Source: Shigella phage KNP5
Direction: 5' to 3' (one strand)
Length of the DNA: 64,000 nucleotides
Sequence record: KX452698
The notes below the pieces were generated by a model, which saw only the letters and a list, made by a program, of their open reading frames with translations, ran no database searches and was not told the origin of the DNA. Below are positions 10,392 to 22,879 of this stretch, in pieces. The number at the start of each line of letters is the position of its first letter. Position 1 is the first letter of the stretch. A program made the position numbers and the translations under genes.

Positions 10392-10888
10392 AAAGTTTTA
10401 ATAACCTCTATAATATCGTCTTGAGAAAGACCGTTAATTAAAATATGATGTTCAGCAGGAGATTTAGAAATTTTAAAACATGCCTCAACATCTTCTGCCA
10501 TATCCGATGCGCTACGATTTGGATTACTAATTCCAAGACGATGTTTTCCCGTTAAAGGATTGACGATGATATAGCATTTACAGTTGTTAATATGAACATT
10601 AGGTTGAGTCTGATTAATGAACACATCACAATCATATTTCGCAAGCTGATTTTCTAAAAAGACTTTCATCTCCTCAACCGCATCAGGAAGCATATCACGG
10701 GCTTGCTCAAGACGACGATTTCGATATTCTTTAATGGTCGTTTTCCGCTTTACTTGCTTAGCTAAATCTTTCTTAAGATCGGTGATATATCCAACTCGAC
10801 GATTTCCTTTAAATACAGAAATCCCATCTGTAGTATCACCGTATGCTTCAACGACCATCTCAGTAGTAATAAGCTGCAAATCCATCAT
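10382..10888 (-). CDS. alc: Alc, inhibitor of host transcription on cytosine DNA
   Basis: 168-aa ORF at the T4 alc position between pseT.x and rnlA; size matches (T4 Alc 167 aa). Confidence 0.7.
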   Translation of the reverse strand: MMDLQLITTEMVVEAYGDTTDGISVFKGNRRVGYITDLKKDLAKQVKRKTTIKEYRNRRLEQARDMLPDAVEEMKVFLENQLAKYDCDVFINQTQPNVHINNCKCYIIVNPLTGKHRLGISNPNRSASDMAEDVEACFKISKSPAEHHILINGLSQDDIIEVIKTLCN

Positions 10889-10909
10889 AAAGTCCTCATG
10901 TTATGTCAG

Positions 10910-10946
10910 TAATACTACTATAACACAACACGAGGGACTTGTAAAC
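10910..10946 (-). promoter_or_regulatory. T4-type early promoter
   Basis: gtaaac at 10941-10946 (GTTTAC on the minus strand) upstream of alc. Confidence 0.45.
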
Positions 10947-10949
10947 AGC

Positions 10950-12537
<1,588 letters not shown>

Positions 12538-12564
12538 AATAAAATGGGCCTTGCGGCCCACTCC

Positions 12565-13734
12565 TTAAAAATATTTTTTAAAACTCATCATAACTTTATC
12601 ATCAACATCATTATCAATCTGTGCTACAAGGTAAGATGACAGTTCTACTTCTTGTGGCGCGGATTGAACATTATCAGAATTAAGATATTCACGAATCCAA
12701 GGATACGGATGTTTAACCGGAGCATCGGTAATTGGGCATGGAAGACCGCACTGTTTCATACGAGATACAGTTAAGTAATCAATAAAGCTCCACATGCTAT
12801 TTGTATTTAATCCAGGAACATCGCCATCTTTAAATAAATGAACTGCCCAGTCTTTTTCTTGACGGTTAACTTCCATGAAAATATCAACTGCTTCTTGTTC
12901 ACACTCTTGAGCAATTTTAACCCATTCATCCCCATCAGTGCCAAGTTGAAGTTGACGAATAATATATTGGGTGCCTTTAAGGTGAAGCTGCTCATCACGA
13001 GCAATGAACTTCATAATCTTGGCATTACCTTCCATGATTTCCATGTTTTTATGGAAGTTAAAGGTACATGCGAAAGATACATAAAAACGAATAGCTTCCA
13101 ATGCGTTGATTACATGAAGGCAAAGATAAAGAGATTTCATTAGTGCTCGTTTAGTACATTCAACAACTTTGCCTAGCTCTTCTTTACGAAATCCTTCTGA
13201 TAAAATTCCTTCATAATCTTCAACCGCATTCTGATATTCACGAGTCTTAACTAGAACATCATCGTAATAGCGACCAATGGACTCGGCACGTTTCATAATA
13301 GCTTTATCTAATACAATCTCATCAAACACTTTTGACGGATCAGTATAAAGATTTCGCATAATATGAGTGTATGAACGGCTGTGAATAGTTTCACTAAAAG
13401 TCCATGTAGCAACCCATGTATCAAGGCTTGGGTCTGAAATTAATGACATAAGTACAGCAGAAGGTGCACGACCCTGAATGCTATCTAGAAGTGATTGATA
13501 CTTCAGGTTATTAGTAAAAATATCTTGCTGATGCTGAGGAAGCTTATTAAATTGTGCAGCATCCATCATCAAGTTTACTTCTTCAGGACGCCAGAAAAAT
13601 GACAACTGCTTTTCAGTTAAATCTTCAAAAACTTTATGACGTTGAATATCATAACGCGCAATACCAAGACCTGAACCGAAGAACATGGGTTCTTTTAAAA
13701 CATCAACTGGATTTGTATTAAAAACTGTGCTCAT
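12565..13734 (-). CDS. nrdB: ribonucleotide reductase small subunit (uninterrupted)
   Basis: 389-aa continuous ORF; no intron or homing-endonuclease ORF present. Confidence 0.9.
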   Translation of the reverse strand: MSTVFNTNPVDVLKEPMFFGSGLGIARYDIQRHKVFEDLTEKQLSFFWRPEEVNLMMDAAQFNKLPQHQQDIFTNNLKYQSLLDSIQGRAPSAVLMSLISDPSLDTWVATWTFSETIHSRSYTHIMRNLYTDPSKVFDEIVLDKAIMKRAESIGRYYDDVLVKTREYQNAVEDYEGILSEGFRKEELGKVVECTKRALMKSLYLCLHVINALEAIRFYVSFACTFNFHKNMEIMEGNAKIMKFIARDEQLHLKGTQYIIRQLQLGTDGDEWVKIAQECEQEAVDIFMEVNRQEKDWAVHLFKDGDVPGLNTNSMWSFIDYLTVSRMKQCGLPCPITDAPVKHPYPWIREYLNSDNVQSAPQEVELSSYLVAQIDNDVDDKVMMSFKKYF

Positions 13735-13785
13735 AAATTTTCCGCTTAGTTAATAGATAGTGACTCGTCCGTGAGTCAAATTATA

Positions 13786-16050
13786 TCATAATTTACAGGA
13801 TGAACAATCTTCAGCTTTTGGAGTTTCTATTTCATAATCATCAGTACCAGAACCGTCACGGGTATTATGATAATAGAAATTTTTTCCGCCAAAATACCAA
13901 AAATATAAAAGGTCATCAATCATTATTGACATTGGAACCTTTCCTTTTGGAAAAATCTGCGGGTCATAATATGTATTCGCTGAAGCTGATTGACACACCC
14001 ATTTAAGCATAATAGCTACTTGCGTAAGATAAGGTTTATTACCTTTCTTAGCTAATTTCCACGTATAATCATACAGGTCTATGTTATGTTCAATATTGGG
14101 CACGACTTGATTAAAGGAACCCTCTTTTGATTCTTTAACAGAGACTGGTCCACGTGGAGGCTCGATACCGTTTGTACTGTTAGAAACTTGGGAAGATGAC
14201 TCACATGGCATAAGTGCTGATAATGTGCTATTACGGATGCCAAAGAGCTTAAGGTCTTCCCGCAGCGACGACCAGTCACAAACGTATTTTGGAGCTGCGA
14301 TTTGGTCAATCTTTTTATTGTACCAGTCGATAGGTAATTCGCCTCGAGACCAACGAGTGTCTGAATAATATTCGCAAGGTCCTTTTTCTTTGGCGAGCTT
14401 AATGGATGCTTTAATGAGTCCATACTGCAATCTCTCAAATAGTTCATGTGTTAAATCGTTAGCATCTTCATAAGAAGCAAAATTACTTGCCAGCCAAGCT
14501 GCATAGTTAGTAACACCTACGCCGAGATTTCGACGCTTTTTAGCTTTTTCTGCTTCAGGAACTGGATATCCTTGGTAATCCAAAAGATTATCAAGAGCGC
14601 GAACTTGAACTTCTGCTAATTCATTAATTTTATCTTGGTCTTGCCAATCGAAGTTATCTAACACAAATGCAGATAACGTACACAATCCAATTTCAGCGTC
14701 AGGGCTATTCACATCATTTGTTGGAATAGCAATTTCACAGCACAAGTTACTCTGACGAATAGGTGCCTTTTCACGAATAAATGGAGTATAGTTATTCGTA
14801 TTATCAATGAACTGCACATAAATCCTTGCTGTTCCTGAGCGTTCAGTCATGAGTAATTCAAACAGTTCACGGGCTTTAATACGCTTTTTACGAATATTAG
14901 GGTCTTTTTCTGCGGCTTCGTATAATTCACGGAAACGGTCTTGGTCTTTAAAATAAGAATAATAAAGTTCGCCACCCATTTCATGTGGACTGAACAAAGT
15001 AATGTAATCATTCTTTCCGAATCGTTCCATCATCAAATCATTCAGCTGGACGCCATAATCCATATGACGGATACGGTTTTCTTCTACGCCTTTGTTATTT
15101 TTCAAAACGAGAAGATTTTCAACTTCCAAATGCCAAATAGGATAATAAGCAGTAGCAGCGCCGCCACGAATTCCACCCTGTGAGCATGATTTAACAGCAG
15201 TCTGAAAATGTTTCCAAAAAGGAATAACACCAGTATGGCGTACTTCACCTGTGCCAATCTTAGAACCTTCGGCGCGAATCATACCAACGTTAATACCAAT
15301 TCCAGCGCGTTTGGAGATATATTCAACAATTGAAGCGGAAGCCTTGTTGATAGACTTCAGCGAATCACCTGCTTCAATAACAACGCATGAACTAAACTGC
15401 CGAGTTGGAGTACGGCAACCAGCCATAATAGGAGTTGGCAATGAAATCTGTCGAGTAGATACTGCTTCATAAAAACGAATAACATGTTTTAATCTATCAA
15501 CAGGTTCATCTTGATGCAATGCCATTCCAATAGTCATAAATGCAAACTGTGGAGTTTCATAAATTTGACCAGTGGTTTTATCTTTAACTAGATATTTTTC
15601 TTTTAATTGCATCGCCCCAGAATAAGTAAATTCCATATCCCGTTCGTGCTTAATTTTTGATTCTAAAAATGTAATTTCTTCTGTTGAATATTTTGACAAC
15701 AATTCAGGGTCATATTTACCTTCATTTACACAGTAAGAAATATGGTCAATAAATGAACGTGGTTCATACTGTCCATAAACATGCTTACGAAGAGCGAACA
15801 TTAAACAGCGTGCAGCTACGTATTGATAATCAGGCTCTTCAACTGAAATAGAATTCGCAGCAGCCTTAATGACAATAGTCTGAATGTCATCAGTTGTCAT
15901 TCCATCACGGAGATATGATTTAATATTTTCATATAATTCATAAGGATCTACAGATGTTCCTTCAGCTGCCCAAGATAAAACTTTAATAATTTTTTGCGGG
16001 TCAAAGCTCTGAGAAACACCACTACTTTTGATAACATTAATTAATTGCAT
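13786..16050 (-). CDS. nrdA: ribonucleotide reductase large subunit
   Basis: 754-aa ORF with class I RNR features (active-site NLCCEI, C-terminal Cys pair); length equals T4 NrdA. Confidence 0.92.
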   Translation of the reverse strand: MQLINVIKSSGVSQSFDPQKIIKVLSWAAEGTSVDPYELYENIKSYLRDGMTTDDIQTIVIKAAANSISVEEPDYQYVAARCLMFALRKHVYGQYEPRSFIDHISYCVNEGKYDPELLSKYSTEEITFLESKIKHERDMEFTYSGAMQLKEKYLVKDKTTGQIYETPQFAFMTIGMALHQDEPVDRLKHVIRFYEAVSTRQISLPTPIMAGCRTPTRQFSSCVVIEAGDSLKSINKASASIVEYISKRAGIGINVGMIRAEGSKIGTGEVRHTGVIPFWKHFQTAVKSCSQGGIRGGAATAYYPIWHLEVENLLVLKNNKGVEENRIRHMDYGVQLNDLMMERFGKNDYITLFSPHEMGGELYYSYFKDQDRFRELYEAAEKDPNIRKKRIKARELFELLMTERSGTARIYVQFIDNTNNYTPFIREKAPIRQSNLCCEIAIPTNDVNSPDAEIGLCTLSAFVLDNFDWQDQDKINELAEVQVRALDNLLDYQGYPVPEAEKAKKRRNLGVGVTNYAAWLASNFASYEDANDLTHELFERLQYGLIKASIKLAKEKGPCEYYSDTRWSRGELPIDWYNKKIDQIAAPKYVCDWSSLREDLKLFGIRNSTLSALMPCESSSQVSNSTNGIEPPRGPVSVKESKEGSFNQVVPNIEHNIDLYDYTWKLAKKGNKPYLTQVAIMLKWVCQSASANTYYDPQIFPKGKVPMSIMIDDLLYFWYFGGKNFYYHNTRDGSGTDDYEIETPKAEDCSSCKL

Positions 16051-16367
16051 AAGTCCTCAACTTGAAAATCGTCTTTAAACAATCGGTTAACTATATGAGC
16101 TATTATATCACCATGACATGGCTTTGGTTTACATGTGCATCCTAGCCTCATTCCACGTAAAGGCTCTAAATGTGCTTTAGTTATTTCTCCGGATTTAATT
16201 CGACGTATAAAATCTTTTTTGAATAATTCAATGGCAGCCTCCCGGCTGCCAGCATCTTTACCGACGTAATTTCCCCAAAATGTACCACGGTGAATATTAA
16301 CATCAAAGTCGGATTTATATTTATTCACTACCTGGCATAGACGGCCCGCGCGGTGATAATTCGTCAT
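16041..16367 (-). CDS. hypothetical protein (nrdA.1 position)
   Basis: 108-aa ORF with conserved Cys/His cluster ([12 protein letters not shown]). Confidence 0.55.
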   Translation of the reverse strand: MTNYHRAGRLCQVVNKYKSDFDVNIHRGTFWGNYVGKDAGSREAAIELFKKDFIRRIKSGEITKAHLEPLRGMRLGCTCKPKPCHGDIIAHIVNRLFKDDFQVEDLCN

Positions 16368-16596
16368 ATTGTTTTTCCGTTAAAACAGTAATATCATAAT
16401 AACAGTCAGAAGAAGTTTTAACTGTGGAAATTTTATTATCAAAATACTCACGGGTCATTTTATGAGTATAATATTTTTTGCCATAAATGATAATAGGCTG
16501 ATTTGGTCCTGGAACTTCTAACTCGCTTGGATTAGGAAGTGTAAAAAGAACGACACCAGAAGTATCTTTAAATCGTAAAATCATATATCCTCGCAA
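16321..16596 (-). CDS. hypothetical protein (nrdA.2 position)
   Basis: 91-aa ORF. Confidence 0.5.
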   Translation of the reverse strand: MRGYMILRFKDTSGVVLFTLPNPSELEVPGPNQPIIIYGKKYYTHKMTREYFDNKISTVKTSSDCYYDITVLTEKQYDELSPRGPSMPGSE

Positions 16597-16607
16597 TTAA
16601 ATTAAAA

Positions 16608-17467
16608 TTATATCGCCATCTTTCCTTTAATTGGCGGGTGAGATACATAGTTGTTAAGAACAAAATTATGCGGCTTTGCGAATTGACTCAACCAAAATAC
16701 CTGCGATTCTGTGTCCCATTCATCAAATTCATCTGGAAATTTTAATTGTAATTCGCATAAATCCATAGGTTCACGACGCAAAATTTCTTTACATTGTTCT
16801 ACGTGATTCATATAGATATGAGTATTACCACCAGAAAATATCAAATCTCCTGGAATAAGATTACACATCTTAGCTACAATATGAACTAACGTAGCATATG
16901 ATGCAATATTAAATGGAAGACCGAGGAAAACATCTACCGAACGTTGATACCACTGCAGATCCAAATAGCCATTACGCACATTAAACTGATAGAACATATG
17001 ACAAGGTGGTAATGCCATTTGCTTAAGTTCTGCCGGATTCCATGCTGAAACAATTTGACGTCTATCATTTGGCAGTTTTTTAATACGTTCAACAACTTCT
17101 ATAATTTGGTCTACGCCACCAAAATCGCGCCACTGTTTTCCATAAATTGGACCAAGTTCACCGCTATGGTATCCTAAATCTTTTGCTTGATTTTCGTAAT
17201 TTTCATCCCAGACTGTTTTGCCTTGAATTAATGAATCATGTTGAATTAATCGCAAATCATTGACATTTGTGCTTCCCGATAAAAACCATATTAGCTCAGC
17301 AATACAGGCTTTCCATGCTAATTTTTTAGTTGTTACCGCAGGAAAACCTTTAGTTAAATCCCAGCGTAATTTAGTACCAAACAAAGCAATTGTTCCTGTG
17401 CCTGTTCGGTCATCGGTTTCGTAACCATTTTCCAGGATATCTTTAATTAAAAATTGGTATTGTTTCA

Positions 17468-17468
<1 letters not shown>
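16608..17468 (-). CDS. td: thymidylate synthase (uninterrupted)
   Basis: ATG at 17468 gives MKQYQ...; active-site region MALPPCHMFYQF; continuous ORF with no group I intron; C-terminal third diverges from T4 as recalled. Confidence 0.9.
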
Positions 17469-18497
<1,029 letters not shown>

Positions 18498-18507
18498 GTT
18501 ATTTTCC

Positions 18508-18750
18508 TTAAACAGACTTTTTCACAATTTTCCAATCAGCTTTAAACTGATCGACGTCAGAATGGTAAATCCAGAATCCTGCGCTTTCTCCATCTTCATA
18601 AAGAGGACATCCATCACATTCATCTTCCCATCCCATATCACGCAAAAGACGTTCAGCTTTTTCAATGAGTTCAGAATCTTTACCGATGATATTAAAATAC
18701 CATTTACCTCTAACTTCTGAATCTTTAATGCTCTGACGTTGTAATCTCAT
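18508..18750 (-). CDS. hypothetical protein (frd.2 position)
   Basis: 80-aa ORF. Confidence 0.5.
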   Translation of the reverse strand: MRLQRQSIKDSEVRGKWYFNIIGKDSELIEKAERLLRDMGWEDECDGCPLYEDGESAGFWIYHSDVDQFKADWKIVKKSV

Positions 18751-18804
18751 TTTATTCCCCTTAGTTGATAGGGTAATAGTATCACACTACTACCCTACTG
18801 TAAA

Positions 18805-19185
18805 CTACTTTTTGAATGTTTTTCGCAAAAGTTCAATGATTTCGTCGACGTTATTTTCGTCTACAATGCAGTGAATTTTTGTTACGCCAGAAACCTTGTC
18901 TTCGATTTCATCTTCTTCAGAAGTCGGTTCTTTATATTCACGAAAACAATGAAATTCATCTTCGCAAATTTCTAAAAGTCTATCTTTAAGGTAAAAATGC
19001 TTTCCATTTGCGCATTCAATGTGTTTTACTGCTTTATATCCATTAGCGACGGAAACTTCTTTAACTTCAAACCATCCGCCATTATCTCGAATAGCTTTAA
19101 CTATTGATGAATTGGAACGTGGGCTATAATTAATAAATGTATCAATAAGTCTTGGAACAAGTTCATACTTTTTGCCAATATACAT
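18805..19185 (-). CDS. hypothetical protein (frd.3 position)
   Basis: 126-aa ORF preceded by an early-promoter-like element. Confidence 0.5.
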   Translation of the reverse strand: MYIGKKYELVPRLIDTFINYSPRSNSSIVKAIRDNGGWFEVKEVSVANGYKAVKHIECANGKHFYLKDRLLEICEDEFHCFREYKEPTSEEDEIEDKVSGVTKIHCIVDENNVDEIIELLRKTFKK

Positions 19186-19229
19186 TACGTTTTCCTCATT
19201 TTAACGGGGCTGTAATAGCCCCTTGATAA

Positions 19230-19481
19230 TTATTGTTCAATCAATCCCATGTAAAATTCTGCGTCTTCAGAATCCATGCCATCACAGTATTCATTAGCCA
19301 TAAAGCGGGTGAGGTCTTCAAGAGGACCTTCAATGACAATAGAAAAATTGCAATAATTGGGATCATCGTGAATACTTGTGATACTAAGTTCAGGATAACG
19401 ATTACGAATAATTTCTTCAATATATTCAAAATCAACGATGTCAATATCAACTTTAGCCATATTATTTTCCTCTTTAATCAT
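19230..19481 (-). CDS. hypothetical acidic protein
   Basis: 83-aa ORF. Confidence 0.5.
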   Translation of the reverse strand: MIKEENNMAKVDIDIVDFEYIEEIIRNRYPELSITSIHDDPNYCNFSIVIEGPLEDLTRFMANEYCDGMDSEDAEFYMGLIEQ

Positions 19482-19503
19482 CAGCAGTATTGCCGATAGT
19501 TGT

Positions 19504-19533
19504 ATAGTACCATAAAGCTTTATGCTTGTAAAC
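19504..19533 (-). promoter_or_regulatory. T4-type early promoter (GTTTAC-N18-TACTAT)
   Basis: Read on the minus strand immediately downstream of the gene 32 terminator. Confidence 0.5.
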
Positions 19534-19555
19534 CGTTTTGTGAAAAAATTTTTGA

Positions 19556-19583
19556 AATAAAAAAGGGGACCTCTAGGGTCCCC
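19556..19583 (-). terminator. rho-independent terminator after gene 32
   Basis: Stem GGGGACC/GGTCCCC with 4-nt loop followed on the minus strand by TTTTTTATT; 22 nt after the gene 32 stop. Confidence 0.7.
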
Positions 19584-19605
19584 AATTAATTAGTAATATA
19601 ATCTA

Positions 19606-20514
19606 TTAAAGGTCATTCAAAAGGTCATCCAGGTCCGTGTCATCAGCACTAGATGAACTGCCAGAGCTTGAGCTCATAAAATCATCTTCAGTTTTTGTAT
19701 TGAAGTCATCAACATTGAATGCATCCAAATCATCAGCAACTTTATCAGCTTTCTTAGCGGCAGTCGCTGCGGCACCACCCATAGCAGCAGTTCCCATAAC
19801 TTGACTGAACTTAGTGCTCAGTTCTTCAAACGATTTGAATTTATCTTTAGAAGTCATTTCAGAAAGGTCAACCATTTGTTCGAACAGTTCTTTCTGGAAA
19901 GATTCATCATCAATGTTTGGAATCGCAGATTGATTCAGGAATTTAGATTCGTCGTAGTTACTAAAACCAGAAACTTGTTTAACTTTCAGTACAAAGTTAG
20001 CACCTTCCCACGGACAAGTTACATCAACCGGAGTTTCACCCATTTCAACATCAACTGCAATCATTGCATTGATTTTATCCCAGATTTTCTTACCGAAGCG
20101 GTATTTAAATACTTTACCTTCATTTTCTGGAGCAGCTGGGTCTTTTACTACAAGAATGTTAGCCCAGTAAGAAGTTTTACGTTTAACAAGACCGTATTCT
20201 TTATTGTCAGTATTGTACAAATCATTTTTACTGATGTACTGACATACTGGACAAGAATCGTAATCACCGTGGGTAGATGAACAGTTTTCAATATACCATT
20301 TACCATTTTTCTTGAAACCGTGATTTACAAGAATTGCGAATGGTGCTTGTTCATCATTTTTAGACGGAAGAAAACGAATTACTGCTTGACCATTACCCGC
20401 GTTATCGAGTTTCAGTTTCCACTCGCCTTTATCTTCAGAAGAAAAACCACCTTTATTTCCAGCCAGTTTAGCCATTTGTGCAGCGAGTTCAGCAGTAGAT
20501 TTACGTTTAAACAT
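19606..20514 (-). CDS. 32: single-stranded DNA-binding protein gp32
   Basis: 302-aa [56 protein letters not shown]... with acidic Ser/Asp-rich C-terminus; matches T4 gp32 as recalled. Confidence 0.92.
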   Translation of the reverse strand: MFKRKSTAELAAQMAKLAGNKGGFSSEDKGEWKLKLDNAGNGQAVIRFLPSKNDEQAPFAILVNHGFKKNGKWYIENCSSTHGDYDSCPVCQYISKNDLYNTDNKEYGLVKRKTSYWANILVVKDPAAPENEGKVFKYRFGKKIWDKINAMIAVDVEMGETPVDVTCPWEGANFVLKVKQVSGFSNYDESKFLNQSAIPNIDDESFQKELFEQMVDLSEMTSKDKFKSFEELSTKFSQVMGTAAMGGAAATAAKKADKVADDLDAFNVDDFNTKTEDDFMSSSSGSSSSADDTDLDDLLNDL

Positions 20515-20613
20515 TTTTATTTCCTTTTTAATTTAATTAACAGTTGGTGCTATGACGATGTATGACCTCATAGCTGGTCAGTGAGATAATTATAATCTAT
20601 TTATAATAAGCAA

Positions 20614-21267
20614 TTAATACTTGCAAGATTTCACAGTTTCAATGAAAACACTTTTAGCTTTCTGTGAATCAATATTTAAAATTTTTCTATAAGCCTTTAA
20701 CTTTATAGAATAATTATTCCAGACTAAATTATCAGTCTGTTCATCATGTTTATCGATTATATTTAAAAACGAATCAAGCAAGATAAACGTCTCAAACGAA
20801 ATTATATTCGATTGAAGTAGTTTAAAAATATAACTTGATTGGACTTTTGGATTATACTCAAAGATTTCTTTAAAAGCAGAAACTTCAACTTTTTTACTAA
20901 AATAATAAATGTTGCGAATATCTTCTTCAAACTTAAATTTAATTTGCTTTAAGCGTCCGATATATTCACGATAAAACACAAGTGCATCAGCGTCAGAGAT
21001 ATCACCAATCCAAGCATCTTGGTTAGCAACCAGATTGCTTATAAAGATTAAAGCAAGTTCCTTTAATTTATATTTTTCTGATAACTTCTGGAAAAAATAC
21101 TTATCCCTTCGCTTTTGATAAGCGGCATCAGACACCCGCATGCACCAATTATACTTAATTACATCATACTTTCCGTTCATATGTTGTTTTATCATTAAGT
21201 ATAATTTATAAACTGATTTACCATCAATATATCTTTCACCACCAGCAGGCATGCGGAGTTTAATCAT
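20614..21267 (-). CDS. 59: helicase-loading protein gp59
   Basis: 217-aa ORF directly upstream of gene 32; same size as T4 gp59. Confidence 0.8.
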   Translation of the reverse strand: MIKLRMPAGGERYIDGKSVYKLYLMIKQHMNGKYDVIKYNWCMRVSDAAYQKRRDKYFFQKLSEKYKLKELALIFISNLVANQDAWIGDISDADALVFYREYIGRLKQIKFKFEEDIRNIYYFSKKVEVSAFKEIFEYNPKVQSSYIFKLLQSNIISFETFILLDSFLNIIDKHDEQTDNLVWNNYSIKLKAYRKILNIDSQKAKSVFIETVKSCKY

Positions 21268-21602
21268 AGTAGAAAATCTAATGTATTAGTTTTTTCACAA
21301 CGAACAACAGAAGGACGTAAAAGATTTTCGTCGATAGCTTCTGACTGAATTTTTTCAATTATACCCGAAGGAATAAATTTAGCAAATTGAGTTTCAGGAA
21401 TAGAATTTTCTTCTAAGAATGCTGTTGTAGCTTCAAGATAACTCATTCCAAACTCTTCTACCATTTTTTCAATGATAAATCCATTTTCTTGACGATCAAG
21501 AAGCTTTGCAATTTCATCCTTTTCTTTCTTAATTGAAAGTTCTTTTTCTGAAAGACCGGTCTCATCGACCGGACGAATATCATTTAGAGAAAACTGTGTC
21601 AT
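21264..21602 (-). CDS. 33: late transcription co-activator gp33
   Basis: ATG at 21602 gives MTQFSLNDIRPVDETGLSEKELSIKKE... (112 aa), matching T4 gp33 as recalled. Confidence 0.8.
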   Translation of the reverse strand: MTQFSLNDIRPVDETGLSEKELSIKKEKDEIAKLLDRQENGFIIEKMVEEFGMSYLEATTAFLEENSIPETQFAKFIPSGIIEKIQSEAIDENLLRPSVVRCEKTNTLDFLL

Positions 21603-21849
21603 AAAGTTCAACTACCTCTTCAGTTTCAGCTTCAAACACATCACGGTTATCTTTATGATACAAAGCTAAAAGACGATTAAACATCTTACCATCAACACCA
21701 AGTTCATCTTTGGCGCGAATTCGAATATCTTTAATCAATTCATTATAACCAGAAATTTTCAGTTTATGATCAGATGCTTCTTTAATAAATTTAGCCAAGT
21801 CTTCGCCATGGATAGCTTCATCAAATTCAACCATTTCTTTTTTAGCCAT
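21580..21849 (-). CDS. dsbA: double-stranded DNA-binding protein DsbA
   Basis: 89-aa ORF at the T4 dsbA position between rnh and 33. Confidence 0.75.
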   Translation of the reverse strand: MAKKEMVEFDEAIHGEDLAKFIKEASDHKLKISGYNELIKDIRIRAKDELGVDGKMFNRLLALYHKDNRDVFEAETEEVVELYDTVFSK

Positions 21850-21857
21850 TATTCACC

Positions 21858-22775
21858 TCAAAATTCATTAATGCTATTAGTTAATTTAGAAAGACCCGCT
21901 TTTACAAAATATGAATAAATTTTGCCACGCGGTGGTAATTTATATGAATTATAATAATTCACAATGTTTGAAGCAATATTATCAGGAATATAATCAAAAT
22001 CAATTAGAACTAAATTTTCTTTATAACGATTATATTCAGATTCTGTGAGAAGCACCTTAGCTTGCTCACGGTCATTAGCAATAGCTTCAACAATAGAGGT
22101 TTTCATTGAAGGAGTTCGTTCACCTTCAACTCTGGTAAACCAGAAGTCAGATCGTACTTTAACTGAAGCAACGTTATCCTTTTTGTCGCCTTTAAGGATT
22201 TTAGTCATACAGTCAATTTCAGCAGAACCGCTTTTAATTTTAACCCACTTCTTGTGCATCGGTGACCATTGCTTAACATTTGGGTATTTGTGAAGTTGAG
22301 TAAAGTCACCATCCGATGAAATGATTAAAATCTTATGTCCTTCTAAAGAGAACTTTTTAACCAAAACAGCAATATGGTCATCTGCTTCATACTTATCAAT
22401 ATCCATAACGATGTATGGCATATAAGCTTTCAATTCATCTATAACTTTATGGCTGGATTCAAAATAACCTTCCCAGTCCCAAGTAGATTCTTCTCGTGCT
22501 TTTCCACGGTTTTTCTTATAATAATAAGCAAAATCACGACGCCAGTATCCAGATTTCGCGTTATCAATACACAATACAATTTTAGTGTATCCAAGAGTTT
22601 TTGCTTTTTTGACATTAAACTTAATTGAGTTCAATATCAAATGACGAACCATTGATAAATTAATTTTTTCTTTATCTGGAAAGTTTACCAAAGCAGTTGA
22701 AAGCGCAATTTGACTAAAGTCAATTAAGCAGATTCCTTCTTTGTAATCTTCATCCAGCATCATTTCTAAATCCAT
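21858..22775 (-). CDS. rnh: RNase H (5'-3' exonuclease, FEN family)
   Basis: ATG at 22775 with GAGG Shine-Dalgarno gives MDLEMMLDEDYKEGICLIDFSQIAL... (305 aa), matching T4 RNase H as recalled. Confidence 0.9.
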   Translation of the reverse strand: MDLEMMLDEDYKEGICLIDFSQIALSTALVNFPDKEKINLSMVRHLILNSIKFNVKKAKTLGYTKIVLCIDNAKSGYWRRDFAYYYKKNRGKAREESTWDWEGYFESSHKVIDELKAYMPYIVMDIDKYEADDHIAVLVKKFSLEGHKILIISSDGDFTQLHKYPNVKQWSPMHKKWVKIKSGSAEIDCMTKILKGDKKDNVASVKVRSDFWFTRVEGERTPSMKTSIVEAIANDREQAKVLLTESEYNRYKENLVLIDFDYIPDNIASNIVNYYNSYKLPPRGKIYSYFVKAGLSKLTNSINEF

Positions 22776-22837
22776 ATGAACCTCGTTCAATTAGTGAGAT
22801 TTCTATTATATACTATCCGAATCTTAAAGTAAACAAG

Positions 22838-22845
22838 TATAAATA
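22838..22845 (+). promoter_or_regulatory. late promoter TATAAATA (gene 34)
   Basis: Exact TATAAATA 35 nt upstream of the gene 34 ATG. Confidence 0.75.
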
Positions 22846-22879
22846 CTTATTATTGAAAACACAATAGGAGCCCGGGAGA

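Noticed and set aside
14079-14447. 122-aa minus-strand ORF inside nrdA in another frame
   Set aside because: Fully embedded out-of-frame in nrdA; no independent support.
19801-20280. 159-aa plus-strand ORF inside gene 32
   Set aside because: Lies antisense within the highly conserved gp32 coding region; low-complexity Phe/Ile-rich translation typical of AT-rich antisense frames.
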